Part shown: piece by piece, positions 25,502-38,167 of the stretch
Layout: the number at the start of each line of letters is the position of its first letter
Position numbering within the stretch: the first letter of the stretch is position 1
Assembly (NCBI RefSeq): GCF_006345805.1
Contig: NW_021836147.1
Coordinates: 1 to 64,000, forward strand
Origin: Octopus sinensis
Lineage: Eukaryota
Direction: 5' to 3'
Length of the DNA: 64,000 bases
Program-made: the position numbers and the translations under genes
Notes under the pieces: model-generated
What the model was told of the DNA's origin: nothing
The model's input: the letters and a program-made list of their open reading frames with translations, nothing else
The model's database searches: none

Positions 25502-25732
25502 TTGAAGGCGGCGAGCTGGCAGAAACGTTAGCACGCCGGGCGAAATGCTTAGCAGTATTTCGTCTGTCTTTATGTTCTGAGGTCAAATTCCGCCGAGGTC
25601 GACTTTGCCTTTCATCCTTTCGGGGTCGATAAATGAAGTACCAGTTGCGCAGTGGGGTCGATGTAATCGACTTAATCCGTTTGTCTGTCCTTGTTTGTCC
25701 CCTCTGTATGTAGCCCCTTGTGTGCAGTAAAG
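25502..25732 (+). mobile_element. SINE family B, full length
   Basis: 19-bp TSD AAATATATTAACTTTCTCA at 25483-25501 and 25733-25751. Confidence 0.92.
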
Positions 25733-25799
25733 AAATATATTAACTTTCTCAGCACATTTACTCATTATGAACAAAGAAACATTCTGTCTTCCTGAAAAC

Positions 25800-27190
25800 T
25801 CGGTTTCAGGCTCCAACAACTCTCTCATACTCTGCAATCCCAATCCCAACACTCATTTAGTTTATAACATTTAAAGCATGTACAACCCCATAACCTAAAT
25901 ATAACAACACAACAGTAACGAAAACAAAAAAGAAACCAACACACCAAATCCGCCACAATAGACACCCAAATCTCCTTCTCCTTCACCCAATCTACCACGC
26001 ATAACGAAACCACCGGCCACTCGCCCTTATAGCTACGTAACACAACCTGCAAATACAACATAAATGCTCTACAATATACAAAGCTATAATAATGCTATAA
26101 TAATGACTCCTATAAAGAACTGATGGACTGCTTTCTTTGACGTATACTCCATCAATTCTGGCACTCCGCAGGTTTCGGTTTTGTCTCCGCAGTATTCTTT
26201 CTACACATTACGCTAAAACGGCACAGTTTTAACTTATAGAAATTTATCAATGATCCTCCAACTGAACCATACCTGTTGTATCTCTTTCAGCAGCCCAAAG
26301 GTACTTTTACTACACTTAGCCATTAAACATTATCGACTGTTTCTTAAACTTGAACTTAAACAAACCTCCTTAATGTCGCTAAAAATACCAGGCCTTTCCA
26401 TCACTAATGTTCTATCTTGGCAAATGCACAACCTCAAAAAAGCCAAAAATGCATTAAAAGACCCACTTTACTTTTCTTGAGTCAGAATACAATTTAGTCT
26501 CCAGCAACTACTAAATCTCTCTATAAAGCTAACGAGACCCATCACGAAGTATAGCATGCACATCTGGGATAGTGCTGCTGTTATACACAGAGTTATCCCA
26601 GACTACATTAAGAAAGGTCATTTCATCGATTGGCGTGAAGCTGTTCACAATCACGCCCCTATCTCTTACATATATAAATGTTATCTCCTCTTTTGTGTCG
26701 TTACAATTGTGGCCACTGCTCTTCAGAGCTAGCTCGTCTTGCTATTTCACTACTTAGGTAATCCCAACTCACTCGCCTATTCTCGTATCGTTATCCATTT
26801 CTTTACTACCCACAAGGGGCGAAACACAGAGATGACAAATAAAGACAGACAAACGGATTAAGCCGATTATATCGACCCCAGTGCGTAACTGGTACTTATT
26901 TAATCAACCCCGAAAGGATGAAAGGCAAAGTCGACCTCGGTGGAGTTTGAACTCAAAACGTAGCGGCTGACGAAATACCGCTAAGCAATTCGCCCGGCGT
27001 GCTAACGTTTCTGCCAGCTCGCCGTATCGTTACCTATATTGTATCTGCACAAACTAATAAATCCAGTTCTTTCTCCTTAGAACTTTGGCATTCTGGAATT
27101 CTTCCCCTGTACGGATTGTTCCCCCACAGCTCTCTCCTTGTAATAGTTCAAGAGGAACGTAAACTGCATCTGTCTGCGTCTATCTGGTTT
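25800..27190 (+). pseudogene. Heavily decayed LINE RT C-terminal region (CR1/I-like)
   Basis: SINSGTPQVSVLSP (about 26150, resembling GVPQGSVLSP), LLNLYKA (about 26515), and a decayed C-terminal block after the SINE at about 27050-27170. Confidence 0.6.
26794..27022 (-). mobile_element. SINE family B inserted in the LINE relic
   Basis: Flanking repeat CGTATCGTTA at 26784-26793 and 27023-27032. Confidence 0.88.
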
Positions 27191-28509
27191 GGAAAGCCTG
27201 CGAAACATTGGCTATTGCTCTTACATTAAGATAAAATGCTCTATAAATACTTGTAATACAATCTTTGTTGAGGAGGTTTAATCATACAGTTTTGCCCATC
27301 GTGGAAGATACCTTTCTTATCGTCTAAATATTGTCGGATATGAAACTATCAGTTACGATGAATTAATCTATACATTGTAAATTCCTTTACAATATGTATG
27401 TGTGGTTTATTCTCTTTTATATATCTATATGTAAACACACACAAAAAACATACACACATTTTCAAACCCATTATTCACTTTTACACACAAGTACACAGAA
27501 ATGCATCATTATCTTCGTTTTCAATTTAATCTTATTTTGGCTAAGTTTCCTTATTTATTCAGAACATGGTTATGAAAAATATATAATTTAATGAACAAGC
27601 ATCAAAATTAACCATTCCTACTATATTACATTATCTACGTATAATAAAATTATTACTTCATCAAACTGGCCAATTCCAATTAGATTTCTATTCAGAAGGT
27701 CAGAGAAAGAGACAATAGAGTGTAAAAGGGCTTATATCTAAATTAAAACATTTGACAGTGTCAAGACTGAGTACTATTGATCACATTGTGTCAGATCAGT
27801 AACAGTATCGCCATCCTTCCACAACACAATCTTATCTACTTACCGAGCAGATACACAAACTCTAAGTCAGCTCTATCTCTTAATCATTTCAATTTATTCC
27901 ATTATTAATTTCCTTTTCAGCCAAACTGGCTGCTCTGAAGACAAGTCTTTCGCATAAGAATATTCCCATTAAGTTGTTTCAATGACAACACAGCAGTTTG
28001 TTAATTCTACTCGTACTATCTTTCGATTGTATTGTTGTCATGTCAAAATTATGGTAGCTTACCGTGTTATGATAAACTTTCAATATGAATTAAAAAAAAA
28101 AGAGACGACAAAGAATGAATAAATAAATATACTGTTTTATAATGTCATTGTACTCTAATCAGTAAGGTATTGGCCTCGTGGGAATAGAATATTTCCCCTT
28201 GTTGAGAGGAGAATTGAATGACGCCTATCTTACTGCTACCAGAATATGTAGTCATTATTTTTGAAATTATATTGGATGAGTTGGTCGAATGCGTGATGAT
28301 ATTGTCTGTAATATGAATGACCAAAACACTTTCAGCAGAAAAGAGCAGTGGGTTGTTAGCAGAAGGAAGCCAGAGTAGAGATAGTGATAGGTAGACGTAA
28401 GTAGAGATGATTAGATCTGTCGTTTGGGAATTGCTGGAAAGCAGTGGCCGGTGATATACTGTTGACTAAATTGGTGAAGCTATGGCAGCATGACGTAAAT
28501 GCGTTTTAA

Positions 28510-28637
28510 ACTACTACTACTACTACTACTAGTGATGATGATGATGATGAGGATGATGATGATGGTGGTGGTGGTGGTGGTGGTAATGGTGGTAATGATA
28601 GTGGTGGTGGTGGTGGTGGTGATGATGATGATGATAT

Positions 28638-28686
<49 letters not shown>

Positions 28687-28889
28687 AATGATGAGGATGA
28701 TGATGATGGTGGTGGTGGTGGTGGTGGTGGTGGTGTGGTGATGATGATGATGATATTGATGATGATGATGATGATGATGATGATATGATGATGATGATGA
28801 TGATGATAATGATGAGGATGATGATGATGGTGGTGGTGGTGGTGGTGGTGGTAATGGTAGAAATGGTAGTGGTGGTGGTGGTGTGGTGG

Positions 28890-28923
<34 letters not shown>

Positions 28924-28925
28924 AA
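28510..28925. repeat. Compound (GAT)n/(GGT)n repeat
   Basis: Direct reading. Confidence 0.95.
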
Positions 28926-31567
28926 GTGCTGTGTTTACGAAGTGAATCTAATCCATAATCCAACCAAGCTTCTGAAATGGAATAAGTCAGTGTGTAGTGA
29001 AGAGAAGAAAATTACTGATGTTTCAAACAGAACTGTACTTCTCTCTATGAAAAGAAGCATATATTTTACTTAGGGGAACCATCCAACTTATCTATCTATG
29101 AAAGCATGAAAAAAATATATGATCCTTGTGATTTCTTTTCTTTTTTGCACTTTTGCTTAATCTTTTCAGCTTAATGTCTTATTAATAGCATGCTGTGAGC
29201 AAATCTGACATTGGCTTTGCTCCTCAGATTTAAAGGAAAAGATAAATGCGAGGATGAGATACTTATAAAGTAATATTAACATTTATAGAATTCAGAGAGA
29301 GATGGATTTTCGGAAATTGCAAACTACTTTACTTATACCTCTTAACAAATACTATTTAAGCTAATTTTGTCTTTCGTTATCAAAGCTCTGATTAAATGTG
29401 TACCAGTCAAGTACTGCGACTAATTAAATTGATTATAATCATTTCTCACCGTCATAGAATTGCTTAAAATAATTATTATGGGGTTCTAACTACTATTCAA
29501 AAATATCGCATGTTTATGCGTTAATAAAAATTAACTTATACAATGCAATGTTTGAAATAACTTAATTTGTAAGTTCTGTTGTTAAGAAAAAGAATACATG
29601 TTCAATTTCAGTTGGAAGAAAAGGATTATTATTACTGGATTTGAATTCCAAAACTAATATTTAGAACTTTAGCATTTTAAATGTAAAATATTGGAGGCTT
29701 TACCACAGTAATGCAGTTTGTGATAAAAATGCAACAACCAGCTTCATAGAACACTTACGTACTGACTTCACCAGCATAATCATAGTTGTTAGTTGTACGT
29801 ATATGCCCTTCCTAAGAATTCCATCTTTTGTACTGGAAACTTTGTGTTAGACCGTGCATTGCAGAGTATGTGCTCGAATCGAAGCTCTCTCTGAACTACA
29901 CTTTACTTGGATACCCTCAAGTTTGGTTTTCTCCACGATGTTCCATGTTGCATGTTGATAACCTTCTAGCAGTAACATTTTAAAATATATATTCTAATAA
30001 CACCCGCACACACCATCTGAATGCAGTCGAGGCACAGTATTGAATTTAAACTGATTCTATGAAGTAATAATAATTATTCGCAGCACTTGACTGGTACACA
30101 TTTAATCAGAGCTTTGATAATGAAAGACAAAATTATGGATTTGTAAGTTCTGTTGTTAATTCTGAATGTTGTGTTGATTATCATATGTTCATTTATCGCT
30201 TTGTAAGCAGGAGATATCACAGACAGACGTCATGCAAACCTAAGCAGATAAAACAGGATTATTTAGCTTTATTATTTATTATTTATCTAAAGCCTAAAAT
30301 AGTACCGGGGTATGTAAAGAGGAATTACGAATGTGAGCGACAATGGTAACTAGCAACTTAGATGAAATGATGCTTATCGTGCAACGAACGAGACTTAGAA
30401 AAGAGTAATATCCAGTTAAGCGACAAAGTATATTTGGATATTGTTCAGAGAATCTTTCATATGAATAGGTGATGTAAACTTACCTTGTGGGTAGAAATTA
30501 AGAGAATGGTATATTTTAAATAAAAGCTTGTCAAACTAGTTTCTTTTCATAACACCAAGGCAGGACTGAACCAATGCAGATATCAAAGAAAGTGCTCAGG
30601 ATTTCATTCTCCTTATTGTTGCTCGACTTCAGCAGCCTTTAAAATCACTGGTCCTCTACCAAAGATAAAGTCAAATCTACATCAGAGTATTGATCACGAG
30701 AGTCGGTGCTGCTTCTAAACACATATATATACGCACACACACATTCTAGAGGGCACCCAAATGTCATCATATCTCGGAAGCGTATCTTTTGCAAACAATT
30801 CAGGAAAATTCTGAGATTTTTAAACGGCGCCCAAAATCAGTCAATTCACTTCTTTGAATATCCTTCACTACATTCTCACTTGTCATGATCAATTAAAAAT
30901 CAACGCTCTGCATATATAAAGATTTTATACTAATGTTGAGTTGTGTAGGATCACAATATCTTTATATAACGAACGTTACATTGCTTTCAATGAGCTAGGA
31001 AATGCCTTAGTCCAAATAAATGTTGATGAAAATAAAACTTAAAATATACCATTTTCTTAATTTCTACCCACAAGGTAAGTTTAGATCACCTATTCATATG
31101 ACAGATACTCTGAACAATATCCAGATATACTTTGTCGCTTAACTGGATATTATTCAATGGCCAACACCCTAAAGTCACTCATTGACCTTCAATCTCTTTT
31201 CTAAGTCTCGTTCGTTGCACTATAAGCGTCATCTCATCTAAGTTGCTAGTTACCATTGTCGCTTACATTCGTAATTTCTCTTTATATACCCCCATGCTAT
31301 TTTAGGCGTTAGATAAAAAAATCTTTGCTAAATCCTTATTCTCTGGCAGCACAGTCCTAGAAATTTTTTTCTGTCTTTTGGCTAATGTTTTCCATTCAGT
31401 CATTAAAATGAAAGAAATCAAACCGATTACTTTTTTTAAGAAACGGTATTTAGAAACATACTTGCATGCGCATGTACATACACACACGCACATACATACA
31501 TGCATACATACATACACACACACACACACACATACACACACACATACATACATACATACATACATAC

Positions 31568-31800
31568 AGTTTGCTGGACATCGTTGTAGAGCTAAAAAAG
31601 AAGTAATTTCTACTCTTCTCCTCTGGAAGCCATCTACTCGCAATACCAGAGGGCGCTCACTCTCCTACCCTGATGTAATCTCCAGGGATACAGGCATCCA
31701 GCAACAGGACCTCCGTAATGCTATGATGGACCGTGAAGTCTGGCGTAACATAATAAATTCCATTGTCTCCACCACGGTCGAACAATGATGATGATGATTT
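31568..31800 (+). mobile_element. 5'-truncated RTE-type LINE 3' end with (GAT)n tail
   Basis: [52 protein letters not shown], stop codon, then ATGATGATGAT. Confidence 0.8.
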
Positions 31801-32342
31801 TGTACCACACAACACAATAAGAACATAAACTAAGCAGCACTGAATAACCAATATGTATTCTGTGTTGAACAGATTTGGAAAACATCTTTACTTCTTACAT
31901 TTAACTGTCGGCATCAGATTTCAGTTACTTATGACGGTATCAGCCAGCAATGACATTGTTTATTTTATAGATACAGCTCAAGCAACATTGATACTTACAG
32001 TATCGAAGTGTGTAAAGGTTTTACAAGTAATGAACTTCTTACTCAATTACGTTTATACTTCTGAATGTTGTGTTGATTATTATGTGTTCATTTATCGCTT
32101 TGTAAGCAGGAGATATCACACAGACAGACGTCATGCAAACCTAAGCAGATAAAACAGGATTATTTAGCTTTAACGTAATTCAATAAACATTTCCTTATAT
32201 TTTCCCTATCGACCATTCAGTCCTGAAGTTTTCGAATTAAAGCTTAATACCTTCTTGGTTATTAAACTTCGTTGTTTGTAGGGGTTTTTTTTCTCCTATT
32301 TTTGTAATTAACTCCAGGCCAACTCAATGAATCAAAGCTATT

Positions 32343-32769
32343 GGATCTTTTCGGTTTGAACAGCAGTTTTTTAAAATAATTTCCACGTAACTAAACACTT
32401 TTAAACTTCGTATACTGGTAGAATGTGTTTATAAAACATCTTTTTCTCTTGGCTTTATTGAGAAAATTCTATAGTTTGTAAGATATTTGTTATTTTTTTG
32501 TCTTCAATTTCTGCAATTTCAACCAATCAATGACGTCTATTGAGGTGAAAACATTCTGTGCCGTATGAATATGTCCCTCGTTTAAGAAACAGATTGGGTT
32601 TATTTACATTTCTGAAGAAAAAAGATACCTTTCACCCACCCCAAACCCTAACTAACCATAATCCTAAAACAGATTGAAATGCAATAGATCGATACTAAGG
32701 TCATAATTATGGGTAACAATTTCATATGACACCGCTACAAAAAAACTGCTGTTCAAACCGAAAAGATCC
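32343..32769. mobile_element. Non-autonomous DNA transposon (MITE), Merlin-like
   Basis: 30-bp TIR GGATCTTTTCGGTTTGAACAGCAGTTTTTT; 8-bp TSD AAGCTATT at 32335-32342 and 32770-32777; 5'-GG termini. Confidence 0.85.
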
Positions 32770-33464
32770 AAGCTATTCAAGCCATTATCCTTCCGTCAAT
32801 TTTTAAGCATAATATACGAGAGACTACAATATTCTGATTGCGCATGGGTTGCAAGTTATTCATCTGCTATTTCCATCAAGTCGATTGAAAGAGTTGTGTT
32901 TCGTTCCTTCATTGACTTGATATAATTTTGGTAGTAGACAGTATGTGTGAGTGAGTGTGAAGGAAAAAGCAGAAATGCAAGAAAAGGAGTTCTTCATCCA
33001 TCAGGCGACGACTTAGGGAATTGGTGAATTGGTAGAATACTTAGGGAGTCACGTGCTTTATGGCACTTCTTCCGGAAATTTGCATTCTTAGTTCAAATCT
33101 CGCACAGATCAACTTTGCGTTTCATTCCTCCGAGATTAATAAAATAAAGTATCATTCAAGAAATGGAGTTGGTATAATCCGCTGTTCTTCACTTCTACAA
33201 AACGTTTCGAGCTTTGTTTCTAATTTAGAAACATTTGAGTTCCATCGGTTTGGTGAACAGTAGAGCACCGGAGAAAATGCTTTGCGGTGTATCTTCTGGC
33301 TGTCTATATGCTGAGTTTAATTGTTTAATTTTGCCTTTCACCTTTCTAGGGTCGATTAAGTATCGACCAGAGCCGGTGTATTTGTCAATTTACTTCATAC
33401 ATATATGAAGTCATTTCCTTCATACATGTATATGCCTACATTCATTATATATATATATATATAT

Positions 33465-33780
33465 TTCAACAATTGAGGGTAAAATTAATTAATTATTAAT
33501 CAATTTCACCAAGTATTCAGTATGTAAAGGGACCATTATAGGCGAATTCAAAATATTACATTATATATAAGGGCTTAGTAAAATAAATTACTTTGCCACA
33601 TACTGAACTCATTAGAAATAGCAGCTAAAGAAATTTCTTCAGCTATTTCTAATACTTAAAGAAGATCTCTCTCAGATAGAGAGATCTTCTTTAAGTATTA
33701 GAAATAGCTGAAGAAATTTCTTTAGCTGCTATTTCTAATGAGTTCAGTATGTGGCAAAGTAATTTATTTTACTAAGCCCT

Positions 33781-33790
<10 letters not shown>
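33465..33790. mobile_element. PLE-derived terminus with a perfect 113-bp palindrome
   Basis: Arms 33560-33672 and 33678-33790, loop CAGAT; blocks are homologous to the ends of the 593-bp unit; (AT)n on both sides. Confidence 0.85.
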
Positions 33791-33824
<34 letters not shown>

Positions 33825-34513
33825 GTAAATGTAGTATGTGCGTGTATGCAGGTATGTGCATATATAGACATGCGGATTTGCGCGCATACGGGTATGTGCG
33901 TATATAGCCGTGTTTTACTCTTATTGCTTATTTTTTATACTTCTTTACACTTTTCTCTGTATTGTTGTCCTTAGCCCTGTTTTTACTTGTGCATGTGCGT
34001 ATATAGACGTGTGTATGAACCTTTTTGGTGCGCGCGTGTATGTGAGATTGTATATATATATTTGGGGAGGGCAAATTGTGTGGGTGAGTATGTGTACGTT
34101 TCAAGTGAGGGTGGATGAGTGTATACTTATAGGCGCATGCACGTAGGTGTGCGGGCGTACATGTGTAGGTATGGACATGCGCACTTACGCGAATACTATG
34201 AACAATTTTTACCCCGCCTTACTTTTACTCCCTCTCCTCACTTAGCGGCCATTCAAATAGCTCTTTTGTCTTAATAACAGTAAATCACACAGTAATTTCC
34301 GTTTGTTTAACGGTTATTTTCATACCATTTTTTCTAATGGCCGGATAACTGATGAGATGGCGGCGTGGTTTTCCACCCCGACATCCGAAACTCGGAGTTT
34401 ATCATGGCTACCGAATAATTGTCACATATTACATTTACAAATAAATTCTTCTATTTGCATAATATCGAGGTCTCTTTCTTTTGTTGTCTTACCATTTCTA
34501 TCAATAATGTATG

Positions 34514-34572
<59 letters not shown>

Positions 34573-34758
34573 TAAGCAATAAAGGGTTTAGCAACGAATT
34601 GCCTTACCACATACCGAATTTAGAAATAGCAGTCAAAGAGTTATAGCTATTTCTTCTACTAAAAAGGGAGATCTCAGTAAAAACAGCAATTGGAAGGCAG
34701 ACACAAACAGGTAAGAGAGAATGAATTGACGGCAATCTATCATACAATTTTAAGTTAT

Positions 34759-34856
34759 CTACGGACGTACGTTTCGAAATCAAGTTTTTAGGAAAGCATA
34801 AGAATTAAATATTAAATAATTCTATCTCACCAAAACTTCTTTTCTCTTCAGCGTAG
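34759..34856 (-). ncRNA. Type I hammerhead ribozyme (predicted cut between 34764 and 34763)
   Basis: CTACG-CTGAAGA-GAAA..(long stem II)..TTTC-GAAA-CGTACG-TC/CGTAG; all core nucleotides canonical. Confidence 0.8.
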
Positions 34857-35351
34857 AATACTATAATCATAAATGATTATATATTGAATTTTGAGATACT
34901 AGAAGGCACCAACTCAACTCAGTATCAGAGCGAGCTAGAATCCGCAACTAGTATCACCAAATTCAATGTGTGAATGAAAAGATTGTGTCACCAGCCCCTT
35001 CCCACCCGCGTGTAGCCAAAACAAGATGCTGTGGTCATCTACTGAGATAAAATATGGTTATCCGTAATAATGAAGGGTGAAATTAATTAATTTGGAATAA
35101 TTATCAATTACACCAAGTAGTCTTCGGCATGTAAAAGCCTCATTCGAGGAAAATTTAAGTAATACTAAGCAATAAAGGGTTTAGCAACGAATTGCCTTAC
35201 CACATACCGAATTTAGAAATAGCAGTCAAAGAGTTATAGCTATTTCTTCTACTAAAAAGGGAGATCTCAGTAAAAACAGCAATTGGAAGGCAGACACAAA
35301 CAGGTAAGAGAGAATGAATTGACGGCAATCTATCATACAATTTTAAGTTAT

Positions 35352-35449
35352 CTACGGACGTACGTTTCGAAATCAAGTTTTTAGGAAAGCATAAGAATTA
35401 AATATTAAATAATTCTATCTCACCAAAACTTCTTTTCTCTTCAGCGTAG
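35352..35449 (-). ncRNA. Type I hammerhead ribozyme, second copy (predicted cut between 35357 and 35356)
   Basis: Identical to 34759-34856. Confidence 0.8.
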
Positions 35450-35942
35450 AATACTATAATCATAAATGATTATATATTGAATTTTGAGATACTAGAAGGC
35501 ACCAACTCAACTCAGTATCAGAGCGAGCTAGAATCCGCAACTAGTATCACCAAATTCAATGTGTGAATGAAAAGATTGTGTCACCAGCCCCTCCCACCCG
35601 CGTGTAGCCAAAACAAGATGCTGTGGTCATCTACTGCGATAAAATATGGTTATCCGTAATAATGAAGGGTGAAATTAATTAATTTGGAATAATTATCAAT
35701 TACACCAAGTAGTCTTCGGCATGTAAAAGCCTCATTCGAGGAAAATTTAAGTAATACTAAGCAATAAAGGGTTTAGCAACGAATTGCCTTACCACATACC
35801 GAATTTAGAAATAGCAGTCAAAGAGTTATAGCTATTTCTTCTACTAAAAAGGGAGATCTCAGTAAAAACAGCAATTGGAAGGCAGACACAAACAGGTAAG
35901 AGAGAATGAATTGACGGCAATCTATCATACAATTTTAAGTTA

Positions 35943-36023
<81 letters not shown>

Positions 36024-36419
36024 TATATTGTTGTACTTCTACTCTCTGATTTCACATTATCTCGAGGACAACACTGCCGTTTCGTATTTCGATTAAATAA
36101 ATAATGTACGGTCCCTGGAGGTACATTATCAGAATTGTTAGAGCCTTCGAACGAGATGCCTTGTAGTTTCTTCTGGTTAGTATTAAGAGTTCTAAGGTAG
36201 TAAGATTGGTCCGCCACTGTTTAACAGTCATGTGATCCCTATGCGCCTGTAGATAATTTACTCTGTTGCAAGCATTCGGGCCAGGTCTCGCGTTGTCAGT
36301 AATTCCTTCTCACTAGCCCTCCGAGGCCCTGTAACTAAACAGCAAAAAAAGATTACAAATAAATGGTAAATAACTTAATACTACATACACACGTATGAGT
36401 GTATACACATGTACAAGGC

Positions 36420-36585
36420 AAGCAATTTTATCGACCCCAGTGCTCAAATAGTACCTATTTTACCGACTTCGAAAGGATAAAAGGCAATGTCGACCTCAGG
36501 GGATTTGAACTTAGAACATAAAGACGGGCAAAATGTCGCTAAAGCATTCTGCCCGGCGTGCTAACGATCGATTCTGCCAGCTTAC
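36420..36585 (-). mobile_element. SINE family B, degenerate
   Basis: ATCGACCCCAGTG..AAGGCAATGTCGACCTC..GCCCGGCGTGCTAACG. Confidence 0.75.
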
Positions 36586-36599
36586 TTTTATGGGGGGGG

Positions 36600-36651
36600 G
36601 CAGATTGATTGATTGATTGATTGATAGACAGATAGATAAGCAGACGGACAA

Positions 36652-36709
<58 letters not shown>

Positions 36710-36710
36710 G

Positions 36711-36742
<32 letters not shown>

Positions 36743-36745
36743 TAA

Positions 36746-36780
<35 letters not shown>

Positions 36781-36803
36781 TAAATAGATAGATAGATAGA
36801 TAT

Positions 36804-36849
<46 letters not shown>

Positions 36850-36858
36850 GGATGGATG

Positions 36859-36938
<80 letters not shown>

Positions 36939-36960
36939 CGCATAGATGTATGTTGATAGA
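36600..36960. repeat. (GATA)n microsatellite
   Basis: Direct reading. Confidence 0.95.
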
Positions 36961-37049
36961 TAGGTAGGTGGGTGCACATGTACTTACGTATATCTATATA
37001 TTGTAGAAGTGCTATCACATTCGCTTAATGTAAGATTGACCGGGTGATA

Positions 37050-37790
37050 TTCGTAGACGGAAAATTCCGAAGGTATCGCCAGCATACCGTAAATGGGCTG
37101 TAAGTAAGTGTTGCGAAGGCTGAGACATTGGTTCTCTCTCAGAAATCTCCCCACTGCAATATGCATTTTAGTGGAACATCGCTGAGGCAAGTGAAGATGT
37201 TGAAGTACCCAGGAAACATATTGGCGAGTGATAGAAAGTAAAAGGCTGATTTGGATAAAAGAATTCCTGTAATGTGCCAGCTGCAGTATTCGACTCTCAG
37301 AAAAGATTGGTAGAAAATCCAAACATGCCATCTTGAATTTGGTTTCCGTGGCTACTTTCACTTATGGTCATGAATATTGAGCGATAACCGAAAGTGTGCG
37401 GTCGTGAATACACGTAACCGAAATAGGGTTCCTTGGAAAGATCTCCGGAGTAATGTTACAGAACAAGAAGTGTAACTCGGAGATCAAGGAATCTCTTCAG
37501 ATCGAGCCGATACTTTTCTGCATCGAGAGGTGACAGTTCCGATACCAGGGACAGTTGATAAGAATGTCGCAGGAAAGAATTACTAGACAGATTCATCAAG
37601 CCGAACCAACCGACAGAAGACCTAAAAGTAGACCAAGAACGAGATGGTTGGATAACATCCATAATCTCGCGTGGGAACCCAGCCAGAAAACATAATAACG
37701 GTTACTTCTGATAATACACTATGGAAGAGGTATCTGAGGACTCTACCCCACGATTATCCCAGGAATAGTAGGTGTGGAATGATGGATGGA
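37050..37790 (+). pseudogene. Decayed RTE-clade LINE RT C-terminus and 3' end
   Basis: LKYPGNIL..; TFTYGHEY*AITESVRS*IHVTEIGFLGKISG..EIKESLQIEPILFCIER..RRPKSRPRTRWLDNIHNLAW. Confidence 0.85.
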
Positions 37791-37791
37791 A

Positions 37792-38167
37792 GCACTCCGT
37801 CGGTTACGACGACGAGGGTTCCGGTTGATCCGAATCAACGGAACAGCCTGCTCGTGAAATTAACGTGTAAGTGGCTGAGCACTCCACAGACACGTGTACC
37901 CTTAACGTAGTTCTCGGGGATATTCAGCGTGACACAGAGAGTGACAAGGCCGCCCTTTGAAATACAGGTACGACAGAAACAGGAAGTAAGAGTGAGAGAA
38001 AGTTGTGGTGAAAGAGTACAGCAGGGATCACCACCATCCCCTGCCGTAGCCTCGTGGAACTTTTAGGTGTTTTCGCTCAATAAACACTCACAATGACCGG
38101 TCTGGGAATCGAAACCGCGATCCTATGACCGCGAGTCCGCTGCCCTAACCACTAGGCCATTGCGCCT
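37792..38167 (-). mobile_element. SINE family C' (different head and body, same 3' half as family C)
   Basis: Head AGGCGCAATGGCCTAGTGGTTAGGGC..GGTTTCGATTCCC; 3' about 170 bp matches 9280-9455. Confidence 0.88.

Larger units (their letters stand above)
34571..35946 (-). mobile_element. Non-coding tandem element, 2.3 copies of a 593/592-bp unit, one canonical hammerhead per full unit (retrozyme-like, non-autonomous PLE)
   Basis: Units start at 34571, 35164 and 35756; only 2 differences seen between the full units; (AT)n on both flanks. Confidence 0.88.

Noticed and set aside
32630-32670. CCCTAA telomere-like motif
   Set aside because: Only one or two degenerate units, inside the MITE; not an interstitial telomeric array
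33195-33255. GCTCGAAACGTT motif on the minus strand
   Set aside because: Core CCGAUGG, no stem II partner for GCTC, helix I only 2 bp
36060-36145. Hammerhead-like CGAAACGGCAGTGTTGTC on the minus strand
   Set aside because: Upstream core reads CUGAUAA and helix I does not pair
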